Translations under genes and position numbers: made by a program
Origin: Catajapyx aquilonaris
Lineage: Eukaryota
Direction: 5' to 3'
Assembly (NCBI GenBank): GCA_000934665.2
Contig: KZ538282.1
Span: forward strand, 1 to 64,000
DNA: 64,000 bases
Part shown: positions 1 to 11,400 of the stretch, piece after piece
Layout: the number at the start of each line of letters is the position of its first letter
Position numbering within the stretch: the stretch's first letter is position 1
The notes under the pieces: generated by a model
Seen by the model: only the letters and a program-made list of their open reading frames with translations
What the model was told of the DNA's origin: nothing
The model's database searches: none

Positions 1-195
1 TCAAAGGTCAATAAATTTGAGTTACTTCGACAAGGGTACAGCGAAAACTGTGGGTCCTAGACGGTCGTACCATGTGTCATTAGAACTGCTGTGCCCTCTG
101 GCGGTGCCCTTCTGCACAAACTTTTTTGCTGAAGCTTTTACTTTCCGAGTTATTGTGTCATTAGTCATTACCGTATTACGATGGTGTTGGTTCGG

Positions 196-447
196 GGCGT
201 GCGGGAGGCGGCTGGGTGAGTGGTGGCTGGGGGCAGCTTGGCTGTGTCGCAAAGGCAAGGATGCAAAGATTGATTTTTTTGGATTATTGAAGGGGTATGC
301 TGCACAAACCTAACCTAACCAAGCCTAACCTTCCTTCCTTGCGGATACAGACCTATCTTCAGCGGATACACGCCTATCCTTTATCCTTGCCTTTGCGACA
401 CAGCCCGCTGCCCCCACCGACTACTACTCTCCCGCCTCCCGCACACC
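196..447. mobile_element. Inverted-repeat element with internal TAACC repeats (MITE-like)
   Basis: GGCGTGCGGGAGGCGG...GCTGTGTCGCAAAGGCAAGGAT (196-270) is the imperfect reverse complement of about 376-447; AACCTAACCTAACCAAGCCTAACC lies at about 307-330 in the loop. No TSD resolved. Confidence 0.55.
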
Positions 448-471
448 AGTAAGGTCAATTGTATCCAAGAA

Positions 472-789
472 GTAAATAAAACATGCAGGTAAAACTGCCG
501 AAAACTATTCTTCCTCTGGGTGAGATCAAAAGTAAGAAACGAGTCAATTGGTTGGGGTGGGTCCGTCTCATGATGATGGGTGAAATTCATTTGTAATTAA
601 AAATATTCGTGCCTTGGGGTTGGGAACAATTAGGCAGATTAAGCTATTTGATACAATATTTTAATTACAATTGAATTTCACCCATTCCCATGAGACGTAC
701 CCACCCCAACCAATTGACTTGTTTCTTACTTTTGATCTCACCCAGAGGAAGAATAGTTTTCAGCAGTTTTACCTGCCTGTTTTATCTAC
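472..789. mobile_element. MITE with about 135-bp terminal inverted repeats
   Basis: GTAAATAAAACATGCAGGTAAAACTGCCGAAAACTATTCTTCCTCTGGGTGAGATCAAAAGTAAGAAAC... pairs with ...GTTTCTTACTTTTGATCTCACCCAGAGGAAGAATAGTTTTCAGCAGTTTTACCTGCCTGTTTTATCTAC. Confidence 0.8.
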
Positions 790-851
790 GCCATCAGGTG
801 GCCTGCAGTCAGCCTGTGAATGTCTATCATCTTAATCCTTTTTCCCCCTAC

Positions 852-976
852 GGGCCGGTTTCACCGAGCTTGGTATATGATAAAACCAGGTTTCTTTAGG
901 AAAATCCATACAAATAGATAGGGATTTTGAGAAATACCCTGGTTTTATCATATACTGAGCTTGGTGAAACCGGCCC
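852..976. mobile_element. PIF/Harbinger-type MITE
   Basis: TIRs GGGCCGGTTTCACCGAGCT / AGCTTGGTGAAACCGGCCC; 3-bp duplication TAC at 849-851 and 977-979. Confidence 0.8.
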
Positions 977-1359
977 TACATGTGTATTATAATACACATA
1001 GGAAAAAAATGGTATCTCCTATTTGCCAAATAAGCCTTCTCAGCAATGATGTTACACATGCAGAGAACTGGGCCACCGCCCCATATTAACTTTGTGCTTG
1101 TAAGGTTGTGTAAACCCTGAACTGATTTTAAAACATAACATTATGAAACTTGAAATCCTTTTGGATATCTGGTGGAAGTGGCCCATAAGGTCGTGTCTGG
1201 TCACTACTCGTTTGTCCCAACAATGGTCACTTCATACAATGGTGGACGTCTGCTGGTCTTGCATTGGACCATGGTGCATTGGACGGACACACGACTTACC
1301 CTGCCAGCTATCAAAAATTCACGTTTCTTCCAGGGCCGGATCTAGGGGGGGGGGGGGGG

Positions 1360-1460
1360 NNNNNNNNNNNNNNNNNNNNNNNNNNNNNNNNNNNNNNNNN
1401 NNNNNNNNNNNNNNNNNNNNNNNNNNNNNNNNNNNNNNNNNNNNNNNNNNNNNNNNNNNN
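1360..1460. other. Assembly gap (N run) flanked by poly-G and poly-C
   Basis: Ns bounded by a G run on the left and a C run on the right, within a CAGGGCCGGATCTAGGGG hAT-like repeat end. Confidence 0.95.
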
Positions 1461-1749
1461 CCCCCCCGGCCTGACGCTTAAAAATGCAAAATTTTAAATT
1501 GTGTTCTCTCCTTCGTTTAATGTTATTTTATTTTAAAATATTATATTGAAAGTTATGGCCGACCAGAGGGCGGCCGCCCTTCGGCAATTACCTTTTCTGC
1601 CTCTAGTGGTAAATCAAGCTCTCAAAAATTCGATTTTCTTTGTGATCTCGCCTTAATTTCCTATTATTGTATTTGAGAAATATATTTATTGCATCTCGCT
1701 GCCGCCCCTAGGCCAGTGCCTACTGTGCCTAAAGGGAAATCCGCCGCTT

Positions 1750-1957
1750 TTGCGGTCGCGACCCCTGTGGGGTCGCGAGGAAGGTTAACTACGTAGTTAT
1801 TTGTGCAGATTGATTCTATCTCTCTTGCCCGTAAACGAGATGTGTTAATTTAGCGATTATTGTAATTAACTACCACCAAAGGAAAGGGGTAGGGTTGAAT
1901 TGGAAGTGGTGGTCGCGAATTTTACGCATCTATCCGAAAAAGATTGGGAAGCACGGC
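1750..1957. mobile_element. hAT (Charlie-like) MITE fragment, same family as 16985-17248
   Basis: Shares GGTCGCGAGG, GATGTGTTAATTTAGCG, ACTACCAC, GGGGTAGGGTT and AAAAAGATTGGGAAGCAC blocks with 17041-17248. Confidence 0.7.
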
Positions 1958-2476
1958 TCTGTAATGATCGAAAACCCGCTAATGTACGTTGACAACACTG
2001 GAATTGTTTGTGAACTTGTAACGACAAAACTACAGCCACCTAAGCAGAACTCCTTTCAAGTGCAATATGCAGATCTGAAATAGTTATTAACCTTCTTGTC
2101 CTGCAGAATGCTTTCATGCTAACCCTTCTCCTGTGTATTGTCCGGGACAATGACAAGACGTGCGTTCATTGCGGAAATATCTGCAAACAGTATATTATTT
2201 GGACTGGTAGTCAAAACTGTAGTGCATCTTAGGGACTCTTTCCCAGAAATGCAAAACAACGCTGACGATGATATTTCTTTCTGGCAGAAAGAAATTTAGC
2301 AGCCTCAGCTTGTGTGACCTTGAACACACAAAAATTTTCGCCTGCGGCGGGCTTCCTCGCCTGCCAGCTCCCCACCAAAAGAACATTTTGCATGCGCCAC
2401 TGCCGGAAGTGCAGAAGATCCATGTCAGAAAAATCAAACCAAACTTTCAAACCGCGGGGGTGGGGAGGGGGGGGGG

Positions 2477-2781
2477 NNNNNNNNNNNNNNNNNNNNNNNN
2501 NNNNNNNNNNNNNNNNNNNNNNNNNNNNNNNNNNNNNNNNNNNNNNNNNNNNNNNNNNNNNNNNNNNNNNNNNNNNNNNNNNNNNNNNNNNNNNNNNNNN
2601 NNNNNNNNNNNNNNNNNNNNNNNNNNNNNNNNNNNNNNNNNNNNNNNNNNNNNNNNNNNNNNNNNNNNNNNNNNNNNNNNNNNNNNNNNNNNNNNNNNNN
2701 NNNNNNNNNNNNNNNNNNNNNNNNNNNNNNNNNNNNNNNNNNNNNNNNNNNNNNNNNNNNNNNNNNNNNNNNNNNNNNNNN
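2477..2781. other. Assembly gap (N run) flanked by poly-G
   Basis: Ns bounded by G runs on both sides; CTAGATCCGCCACTG hAT-like end nearby at about 2841. Confidence 0.95.
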
Positions 2782-2910
2782 GGGGGGGGGGGGGGGGGGG
2801 GAGCGCGGCGACAAATCACCCCCCACCCCAACAACGACGTCTAGATCCGCCACTGCCCCAAACCAATAAAGAAGCCCAACAATATCCATACAAACTGTGA
2901 GTTAAATGTA

Positions 2911-3125
2911 AGGTGAAGTGGGGGAAGTGCACACACGGGGAAAGTGCATATATTGTGCCGCCATATTGGAATGAAAATGGCTGACGACACCAAAACGCGT
3001 CAGCTATGTAGCTGGACAGTGCAGCTACATAACTGACGCGTTTTGGTGTCGTCAGCCATTTTCATTCCAATATGGCGGCACAATATGTGCACTTACCCCG
3101 GGTGTGCACTTCCCCCACTTCACCT
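2911..3125. mobile_element. Tc1/mariner-type hairpin MITE
   Basis: Near-perfect 215-bp palindrome AGGTGAAGTGGGGGAAGTGCACAC...GTGTGCACTTCCCCCACTTCACCT flanked by TA at 2909-2910 and 3126-3127. Confidence 0.85.
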
Positions 3126-4058
3126 TATGTAAAAGCTGACAGATCAATCCAATGCCAAATTTTTAATCCAATTGTTTTCAATTTGATAGCAATGGCATAT
3201 TATTCCGCTTTTAGAGCTGCTGTTCAATAAAACTGCCATTTAATGAAACTGATGGTTAAATGCTATTGAATGCCAACTAAAATACCACATTTGAAGGCAT
3301 ATTGCACTTGAAACTAGGTGCACGCAATCATTATATTAAATATAGCAATTTAGTGTTATGTGACTCAAAAATTAGTATTATCTACCATGTTCATATAAAT
3401 AAACAACAAATCCAGCTGGGTATTCTGGTCATTTTTTTGTGGCCATTTGGAATTTGAATAAACACTGCAACTGTCACCATAAATATGACCTTAATAAGAT
3501 AGTGTCAACATGTACTGAGACAATCATGGTATTCCAGGAGTGAGACATTGGTGTTACGTTTTCTTATTTAATGTTATTGGGAACGACTTCCATTAAAAAT
3601 TATCATGGTAATACACCGCAAAATCAATCCTGAAAGGAATCTTTTAGCCTCAATGCTGGGACTTAAGGGCAATTCCATGTGAAGTGCATCACCTTTTGGA
3701 CGAAAAGATTTGCCCATCGGTCAGTGTGAGATATGTTGTAGTCCAGGTGAAGTTATGACCTTTCCCATAAGGATATGGTCCGCTGATGCATGGTTGCATA
3801 TCTACAGGTGCTAATTGTACTTTGATCACATTTAGAGGCGCACCCCTATTACATGCACGATGTAATACAAGTACATGTTTCATAATTATGTGAAGCTGTC
3901 TCCTCTTTTGGTAAAAAATGTTCATTTTCCGACAGCTGTGCAAATTAATGCCAAAAGGGGAGATTTTTGGGAAAAAATGTAATTTTTGAGTCGAGGGCCC
4001 AAGTCAAATGCCATCACATTGATATCAAAATACACCTCATATTGTCCTCTATCTGCAA

Positions 4059-4690
4059 TCGCAAAGCGAGTCAAGTATATATAAAGCCCCTAAACGAGGA
4101 GGAGGAGGAGGAGGAGGAGGAGGAGGAGGATATAGGATGGAAAAGATTTCGCACTTCCCGGCGTCGCAGAGACGTCGGACTTGCACCGTTGGATTCCTTG
4201 CCCCCGGTTTAGTGTTTACAAAAATCCTCATAATCGCAAAATTCCCAGCCGTTTTCGAGATCGCCAAATTAAATGTAGACGCAAACCCTAGATCGCGAAA
4301 TTAATGTATCCGCAAACTCCCCCGGATCCCCGAGAACAATGGCCCACCCACTCCTCTCCACCCGCTTGTCACTCAAACCCACAGCTCAAACCAGCCGCGT
4401 TGGAATGATACGTCACAGATGGTCCCACCTGTCATCCCAAGCGCTGTTTTGAACGATACGTCACAGAGGGCACGTTCGGAAACTCCTCATCGCTACCAGT
4501 GACGTCACTGATTTCTGTAACCGGATGAATTAGGCGGAATACGGGCACCGCGCCTTCGGCGCGCAGGGGGGGCGCAGCCCCACGGGGGGGTCCGGGGGGG
4601 CGGAGCCCCACCGGCTCGCAAAGCGAGTCAATCAAGTATATATAAAGCCCCTAAACGAGGAGGATACATAGGAGGAGGAGGATGAAAAAG
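4059..4690 (+). mobile_element. Tandem Helitron-like unit (about 561 bp) with (GAG)n microsatellite
   Basis: Junction TCGCAAAGCGAGTCAA(TCAA)GT|ATATATAAAGCCCCTAAACGAGGAGGA occurs at 4059 and 4616; GC hairpins (GGGCGCAGCCC, GGGCGGAGCCC, CTCGCAAAGCGAG) precede the second junction; (GAG)n at 4096-4130. Confidence 0.6.
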
Positions 4691-5158
4691 TGGCTTCAAA
4701 GCATGACCTGAGTTCATGGGATTTTCCCAAGGTGACGCCCAAACCTGTCACCCCCACTCCATATCCTCCAAAATGTGACCCTGGAGCAAAAGCCATGCAA
4801 GTAAGAATCCTTTTTCTGCAGCTTCGGAAAATCCTATCCCTCGACCCCCACAGGCCTCCAAAAGAGGAGAACACGCCCAAAACATGAGCTAAACAGGCCA
4901 AGCACTACAATATTTTAGGTTTAATTTCGTTTGAATGTCTACAAATGTCTTGCATGGAAGGGTGAAATAAACCTCAGGTCAGAAATATAAAGGCGAATTC
5001 ACGCTAATTAATGATCATTAAGCCTTCCTCGAGAGTCAGGGGAAAGTCATGTTTTAACTAAAAAGTTGTTAAGTGAATTACAGGAGGATTAGAGCCCTCA
5101 CAAACGGCCACTGACAGCTAGGTTAGAGGATGGAGCTTGATCCTATTTTCCTTCTCCT

Positions 5159-6149
5159 CAGAAGAAGCTCTCTATAAGTCGAAGAAAATTATGAGCTTGG
5201 TTGGTCACAATGTAAAATAATAGGAAATAAACTTCCCTAACTCGAATTTCTTTAACTCGAAGTTCTCCATAACTCGAAGTGCAGGCAGGGCCTTACAATG
5301 GGATATCAATGCATTTTCAGTCTCCCTAAGTCGAAGTTCATGTTGGCGAGTACAGAAAATTGTCTCATTTCCCAGCCGAAAGGTCAAGAGTAGGACACAT
5401 GTACAGAAAGGCTCAATTTCCTGATCTCCGTCTACCAGAAATACCGAAAGAAGTGCTTGACTCGATTGTGACAATTGAATCCTTGAATCTAAGAGTACGC
5501 TAACGTCCACAACGGAGATTTTTTTACAACAAAACAATGAGGAACATTGTAAGTGTGATAGTGACAGTTATTTTTAAGTTTTGAACACCTTTCGTGGCTG
5601 GATATAAAGGTAGGCTTCCTTATAGAGTTCCGTGCTCAAAAAAAGCCAAACTTCTCTAACTCGAATCTTCTACAGGGTGTATCTGAACTCAGTGCCCCGA
5701 CGTATATGACTGCCTTCCTAGCCACCAGAGGATCGATTTAAGTATAGGAATCATATGTCTGGGCAGCCTCATTACTGAGATACTTTCCTTAGCGATTTTT
5801 GCCTAATCGCTCCTTCTGACTTTTAAATAAAATTTTCTGGTGTAACTAGCCAAAGAGGCCTTACCACCTGTGGGCAACAAACCAACAAAGTCCCGCCCCC
5901 TGACCTTCCAGAGCCTTCTGACTGGGGGAGGGTTCGATGGGTGGCCTAACCGACAGGATATTTTGTACTACATGTTTGCGGCCAATTATCTCCGTAATGC
6001 GGCGGCCAAACATAATGACTCCTATACTTAAATCGATCCTCTGGTGGCTAGGAAGGCAGTCATATACGTCGGGGCACTGAGTTCAGATACACCCTGTATA
6101 ACTCGAAGTTTTTTTCCGGTCCCATGGAGATTCGATATTAGTTTTACTG
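5159..6149. mobile_element. pogo/Tigger-like non-autonomous element hosting a nested MITE
   Basis: Repeated TAACTCGAA/TAAGTCGAA subterminal motifs; right end GTTTTACTG-TA; the host reads TAACTCGAATCTTC-TA-TAACTCGAAG across the insertion at 5673-6096. Left boundary approximate. Confidence 0.6.
5673..6096. mobile_element. Tc1/mariner MITE family A, copy 1
   Basis: TIRs CAGGGTGTATCTGAACTCAGTGCCCCGACGTATATGACTGCC / GGCAGTCATATACGTCGGGGCACTGAGTTCAGATACACCCTG; TA duplication at 5671-5672 and 6097-6098; second copy at 8694-9130. Confidence 0.92.
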
Positions 6150-6699
6150 TAGTAGTCTCACAAGACATTTTTCACATACAATTTATAAACAAAACCCAGC
6201 TCTTCTCTGGAATAGCCAGTATATACACCAGATGGGAAATTTCATAAATCAGGTGACCCTGATTTAACTGGCTCAAATGAACACTATATAGTATTCAAGC
6301 GAGATTTTCAATGGCAATGATTACCTTTTTTCTCAATTTCAGTGCAGTTCCTAAGGTTACTGATACAATTCTTCCATGAGTAGGGACAAGGTGTGCAACA
6401 AGGGTAGAAGGGCTTATGAAGACATTTTCGCCCTTTATGAAGTCCTGTACAGGCATGTAGGCAGAATTTTTTTTCAGAGGGGTGCCAATTTCATAAGCAC
6501 AAGGGGAACAAGCCGTAAAGGGCAGGGAGCCAGGCCGCTGCAGGCGAAATTTTTTGTGGGGGTTCAAGGAGATTTGAAGCACTTTTTCCAAAAAATCATG
6601 AATTAGTCATTTCTAATGCTATTTCAAACTGTCCTGCATATCGTCGCGGTCCGGACAAAATTGCGTTGCGGTCCGCCAGTTGAATAGCCCTGCACAATG

Positions 6700-6740
6700 G
6701 ATTTGAAGGTCTAGTGCAGGCTGCACTAGACCTTCAAATC
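6700..6740. repeat. Perfect 41-bp palindrome (20-bp arms, 1-nt spacer)
   Basis: GATTTGAAGGTCTAGTGCAG-G-CTGCACTAGACCTTCAAATC. Confidence 0.95.
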
Positions 6741-6954
6741 TATCTTCCTGGCATTATGAGGTCCTCTGGATGGAGCCAAGCAGTTCTAATATTGTGTTAC
6801 CATCACATTTGAATGGGTTGCCTGATAGGGGAGGTGGCATCCACCTCACTTACCTATCCCATTTTTTCCATGATTTTTTTTATGGCTGGTATCATTAAAG
6901 CTTGTAGCACAATAGCCAGATCTGAATCCCACCCAGCGCTGCCCCAAGATTGTA

Positions 6955-7619
6955 CAGGGTGATTCTCTCGAATGGAAACCCAAACATTCATCAATAACTT
7001 TTAAACTATGATATGGTTCCCGATGAAAATTGACAAGTACTTACCTTGTATCATGCCAAACAAGGTCTGACTAAAGAATATACCAAAAGTGTTCCCCTCC
7101 AGCATCCTAGAATTTTTTAATGCGAGTCTGCATATTGCCGAAGACTCCTGCAGATGTGGCGGTGGGGATGGCATCATCTCCCTCCACCGCGCGCCGTCAG
7201 CTACCGTCACCAGCTGACCGGGGCATACGAAACGAGCGAAACGGAATAGTGGACCAATCAGAGCCCACATGAGGATGACTACAAGTGACTTTCACTTTCA
7301 CTTTTGGGCTCTGATTGGTCCACTATTACGTTTCGTTCGTTTCGTATGCTACCGTCAGCTAGTGTGAACCCCCCTACGGCGCGCGGTGGCGGGAGATTGA
7401 TGCCATACCCTCCGCCACATCTGCAGGAGTCTTCGGCAATATGCAGACTCGTATTTAAAAATTCTTGGATGCTGGAGGGGACCACTTTTGGTATATTCTT
7501 TAGTCAGACCTTGTTTGGCATGATACAAGGTAAGTACTTGTCAATTTTCATCGGGAACCATACCATAGTAAAAAAGTTATTGAGGAATGTTTGGGTTTCC
7601 ATTCGGGAGAATCACCCTG
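6955..7619. mobile_element. Tc1/mariner fold-back MITE (about 300-bp arms)
   Basis: CAGGGTGATTCTCTCGAATGGAAACCCAAACATTC... / ...GAATGTTTGGGTTTCCATTCGGGAGAATCACCCTG; TA at 6953-6954 and 7620-7621; the arms pair almost to the centre. Confidence 0.92.
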
Positions 7620-8143
7620 TATTTTTTTGGGTTGGAATGGTTGGTGGGATTAAGGCAATACCACGACGGTTTAGCCCCAAACTATAATTGTAGTCACTTA
7701 CAGCCTTGACTCCTCCCAAAATGAGGAAAAAGGACCCTCCTCCTCCCAAATGCTGTTAATTTCAAACTGTGCTTGTACTATTTACAAAAAAATCAGGCAG
7801 GTAGCTGGTACATTTCCAATCCCCCAAAAAGTAATTCCACGATTTTCCCACCTTTACTTCAGTGACCAATCTCCTGGCAAGCCCTACAGTTGAAAATGGC
7901 ACATTCATGGGCCAAGATGAAAGTCAAGCAGGAGGGAGATCACTGCATCTAAGCTGCAATGGTCCCCTTACTTCTAGTGTTTTAAAAACCAACTTCGAAG
8001 TTCTTCACAGAAAGGTTACCCCAGTCCCTAGTTAAAAAATCATTTCCAGTTTTTGTGTACTTTTTATTTCCTTGCGATGGAAGGCTCAGGGTTAATAAAG
8101 GAAAAATTAATATTCATCCAAGCCACACACTGGTTCCATGAGT

Positions 8144-8149
8144 TTTATT
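8144..8149 (-). promoter_or_regulatory. Candidate polyadenylation signal of separase
   Basis: AATAAA on the minus strand about 70 nt after the stop codon; a second AATAAA at 8063-8068. Confidence 0.5.
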
Positions 8150-8216
8150 TGAGGCAATTCCCAAGTAAAACACTTGCCTATAGGATCTAGGATGGAATGA
8201 GCAAGCTCTTGTGTTC

Positions 8217-8439
8217 TCAATCACCTTCACGTTTACCCTCAATCCGGACAGGGAGCCCATAAATGGCAATAGCAGCTGAATTTGTGAAATGCAATGCAGC
8301 CTTCCTGGTTTTGAGTAGAGCATAGACCATCTCATCTTCCTCATGCAGAGGACCTGGAAGCCAGCAGTCCAGAAATGCTTGAGTGAAGAAATCAGTGTCA
8401 CGATCTGTGACTTGCCACAGCAGTCCCAAAACACATGGG
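8217..8439 (-). CDS. ESPL1: Separase last coding exon
   Basis: tttatag|C CCA TGT GTT...: PCVLGLLWQVTDRDTDFFTQAFLDCW...AIYGLPVRIEGKREGD*. Confidence 0.95.
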
Positions 8440-11400
8440 CTATAAATAAATTTACAAATGAGCCCTGACAAACAACATAAAATGCTTACTCACAAGGTTA
8501 CCTGCAGCCTATAATGTAACTGAGCACATGTCCTGCAGTTCCCTTGTTATTAGTCTCCAGCTTGAGGCTACTGCAACCCATCAGAAGGGCAACAGCTTTG
8601 CAACCAACCTTTTTCAATGAGCTACTCAGAGTGAATCTGTGCCCAGTACCGTGTCCACAGTACCTAAAATCACAGGGGTAATAAAATATTATACAGGGTG
8701 TATCTTAACTCAGTGCCCCGACGTATATGACTGCCTTCCTAGCCCCCAGAGGATCGATTTAAGTATAGGAGTCATATGTCTGGGCAGCCTCATTACTGAG
8801 ATACACTCATTAGCGATTTTTGCCTAATCGCTCCTTCTAACTTTTAAATAGAATTTTCTGGTGTAACTAGCCAACGAGGCCTTACCACCTGTGGGCAACA
8901 AACCAACAAAGTCCCGCCCCCAGACCTTCCAGAGCCTTCTGACTGGGGAGGGTTCGATGGGTGGCCTAACCGACAGGATATTTTGTACTACATGTTTGCG
9001 GCCAATTATCTCCGTAATGAGGCTGCCCAGACATATGACTCCTATACTTAAATCGATCCTCTGGTGGCTAGGAAGGCAGTCATATACGGGGTATATACAT
9101 AGTCGGGGCACTGAGTTCAGATACACCCTGCTATACAATTCAAATACAACAATGGTGACATTTTCCAAGCCATTCAGTCATTGAGGTGAGATGCCAATTG
9201 TTTCAACGGGCCACTTCTTCATCGGAAATACATACTTTGCAGTTCAGATATTACATAGATGATAAAGTTCAGTATAATATCAGTAGCTAATACTTTTAAT
9301 AACCATTAAAAGAAACCATGCAAAAGTAACTGCTACAAAATAAGCAGCTTACAAGGAAACCTCTCGAAGTGCTATGCAAACTTCCATGTTCAAATAATTT
9401 GTTTCAGGTTCCTTAGCTGCTAAAAAGAAAGTAGCCTTCCTGAGAAATCCTCGATCTCAAGCGTTTTTGAAATACAGGGGTCAAAAGGTCAAAAATGGGA
9501 CACTGTGAAAGTGCTGTCCTTAGTGCTATCGGCGAGATTTTTGGTACTTAGCAGTTTCTTGGGATGGGGAATATAATGGCTAATTGTAAAATTTAAAAAC
9601 GGATTTTCAACGGGTGTTAGGGTGTGCACATAGAGGAAGCTGGGAATGGGTCCGAAGGGCCAGTGACAATCCCTTTAGGAGATGTCGACCTTTGACAATG
9701 AATATGAGCATCCTTGCAAATGCCCATACATGCCTGCATTGCTTGTGGCCGGAGACAGGCGGTTGAGGTATGGTTTGGGGGTGAGAGCCCTTGGCAAACT
9801 AAATAAAACGAAACCTCTTACACTGTCCCAATTAATTTGCACAGTACTGTAGTATGAAGAGTTATAATTCAGCTTCATAAAATTAACTGTAAGATAGGCC
9901 CTAAAAAATTACATTAGGTAGTGTCGGCGACACAAGCAGCAGGTTTTTGCCGTGAATATGTCTTTAAAATTGGAACAGTACTGTGGGCATGCACAAAAGT
10001 TGGCAGTTACAAAAATTGGTGATAATCTTTTGTTTCCATTACAATGATTATTTTCTAAGCAATCCTCCATGTACTATAGGACGCAAAAACAATGTCCGGG
10101 GAGAGTCTTCGTTCAGCCTGGTGGAGGCAAACCATTGCACAGATGTGCACACACACACTTGTGTGTACGTCCGTGCTCATCTGCTGAGTTTTTTCCCTCC
10201 TCCCTTAGCTACCCAGGTGCAATGGGTTGCTTCCACAAGGCTGAACGAAGAATCTCCCCGGACATTGTTTATGCGTCCGATAGTACCGCCTGTCTTTTAG
10301 CATCTTGCATGTAATGTTGTATGGGTGCGGGTCGTGTCGTTGTACCTAGTACTCAGTGATTCATCCATACGCCCCCCCTCCCCCTCCATGCGCGCCCCCT
10401 GACCCTGAGCTAGAAATCCTTTGTCTAGTGACTCTAGTTGCCGGTATATTTATTGTTTGGATGTTGCTTTTAGTTATAAGATGAAACATTATCAGGTATT
10501 TTTGTAAAGGGTAATGCTCGACTTTTCGTGATGCCCCCCAGGACTGATCTGATTTTAAAGACGTATTCACGTCAAAATGTGACACATGCTTTGTGGCATA
10601 TGACAAGGCCTTCCTGGAAAGCATGGGAGTTGCTTGCCCTATGGCCGCATAGTAAAGCCTCCTGGTGGTGGTGGAGAGGTGTGTACATGGGTCAGGAATA
10701 GGGGCACCATGTGGAAAAGTTGTGAAGACAGAACTATGATCATGACACCTTTGGGCAGTGCACATTCAGAAAATTGAGAAAGGGAAAGAACCTATTTCCC
10801 TGGCAGTTTGGAGGCAACTACTCAAAAACTGACTCGTATGACAGGCAGATACAGTATATGCAGAATTACATGGCATGGGAGACCCAACTAGTCTATAAAG
10901 CCATTCTCTTCTGCAAGTTCTTTTTATTACTAAAAGCCTATTTTCATTATTCCTTTTAAACAGGCACAGCCCCATGAAACAGGATGATAATTTTTGACAT
11001 CATACCAACCTAAATCTAATGAATCCCTAATAGTGAGACATGCCATGTTAAGTTGCTCTCATGAGATCTTATCAACCACAAGTCCACAAGGTTAGATGAG
11101 ATGGCCCAAAAAATCTTGGATGCATTTACACAAATACTGTGCAATGTTATGCAAAATTTGTGCATAATTCCTTTCACAAAATGCTAATTGTTCATTTCAA
11201 CTTTAAACTTGAAAATTAAAAAATAAAACTTTCACCATAAAAAATAAAAAAATAAAAGAATACTTACACCATCAGATCTTTTGTACACAGGACCTCAAGG
11301 AAGTCACTTGGATTTGGAGCTTTCCCAACAATCCCTTTCCCATTGAACTTCTTATGCAAGTACTTTCCCATCCTCTCGGTGGTACGAACTAGGTCGTTCT

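Noticed and set aside
22..258. 78-aa minus-strand ORF at the window start
   Set aside because: No recognisable motif or supported splice partner, and its 5' part lies in an inverted-repeat element.
307..330. (TAACC)n as a telomere
   Set aside because: Only 3-4 imperfect units, inside a hairpin element.
1143..2900. Long ORFs in the track (up to 210 aa)
   Set aside because: They are open only because they run through N gaps and G/C homopolymers.
7001..7687. Paired ORFs with near-identical peptides on opposite strands (similarly 8639-9184)
   Set aside because: Mirror images produced by MITE inverted repeats; no transposase motifs.
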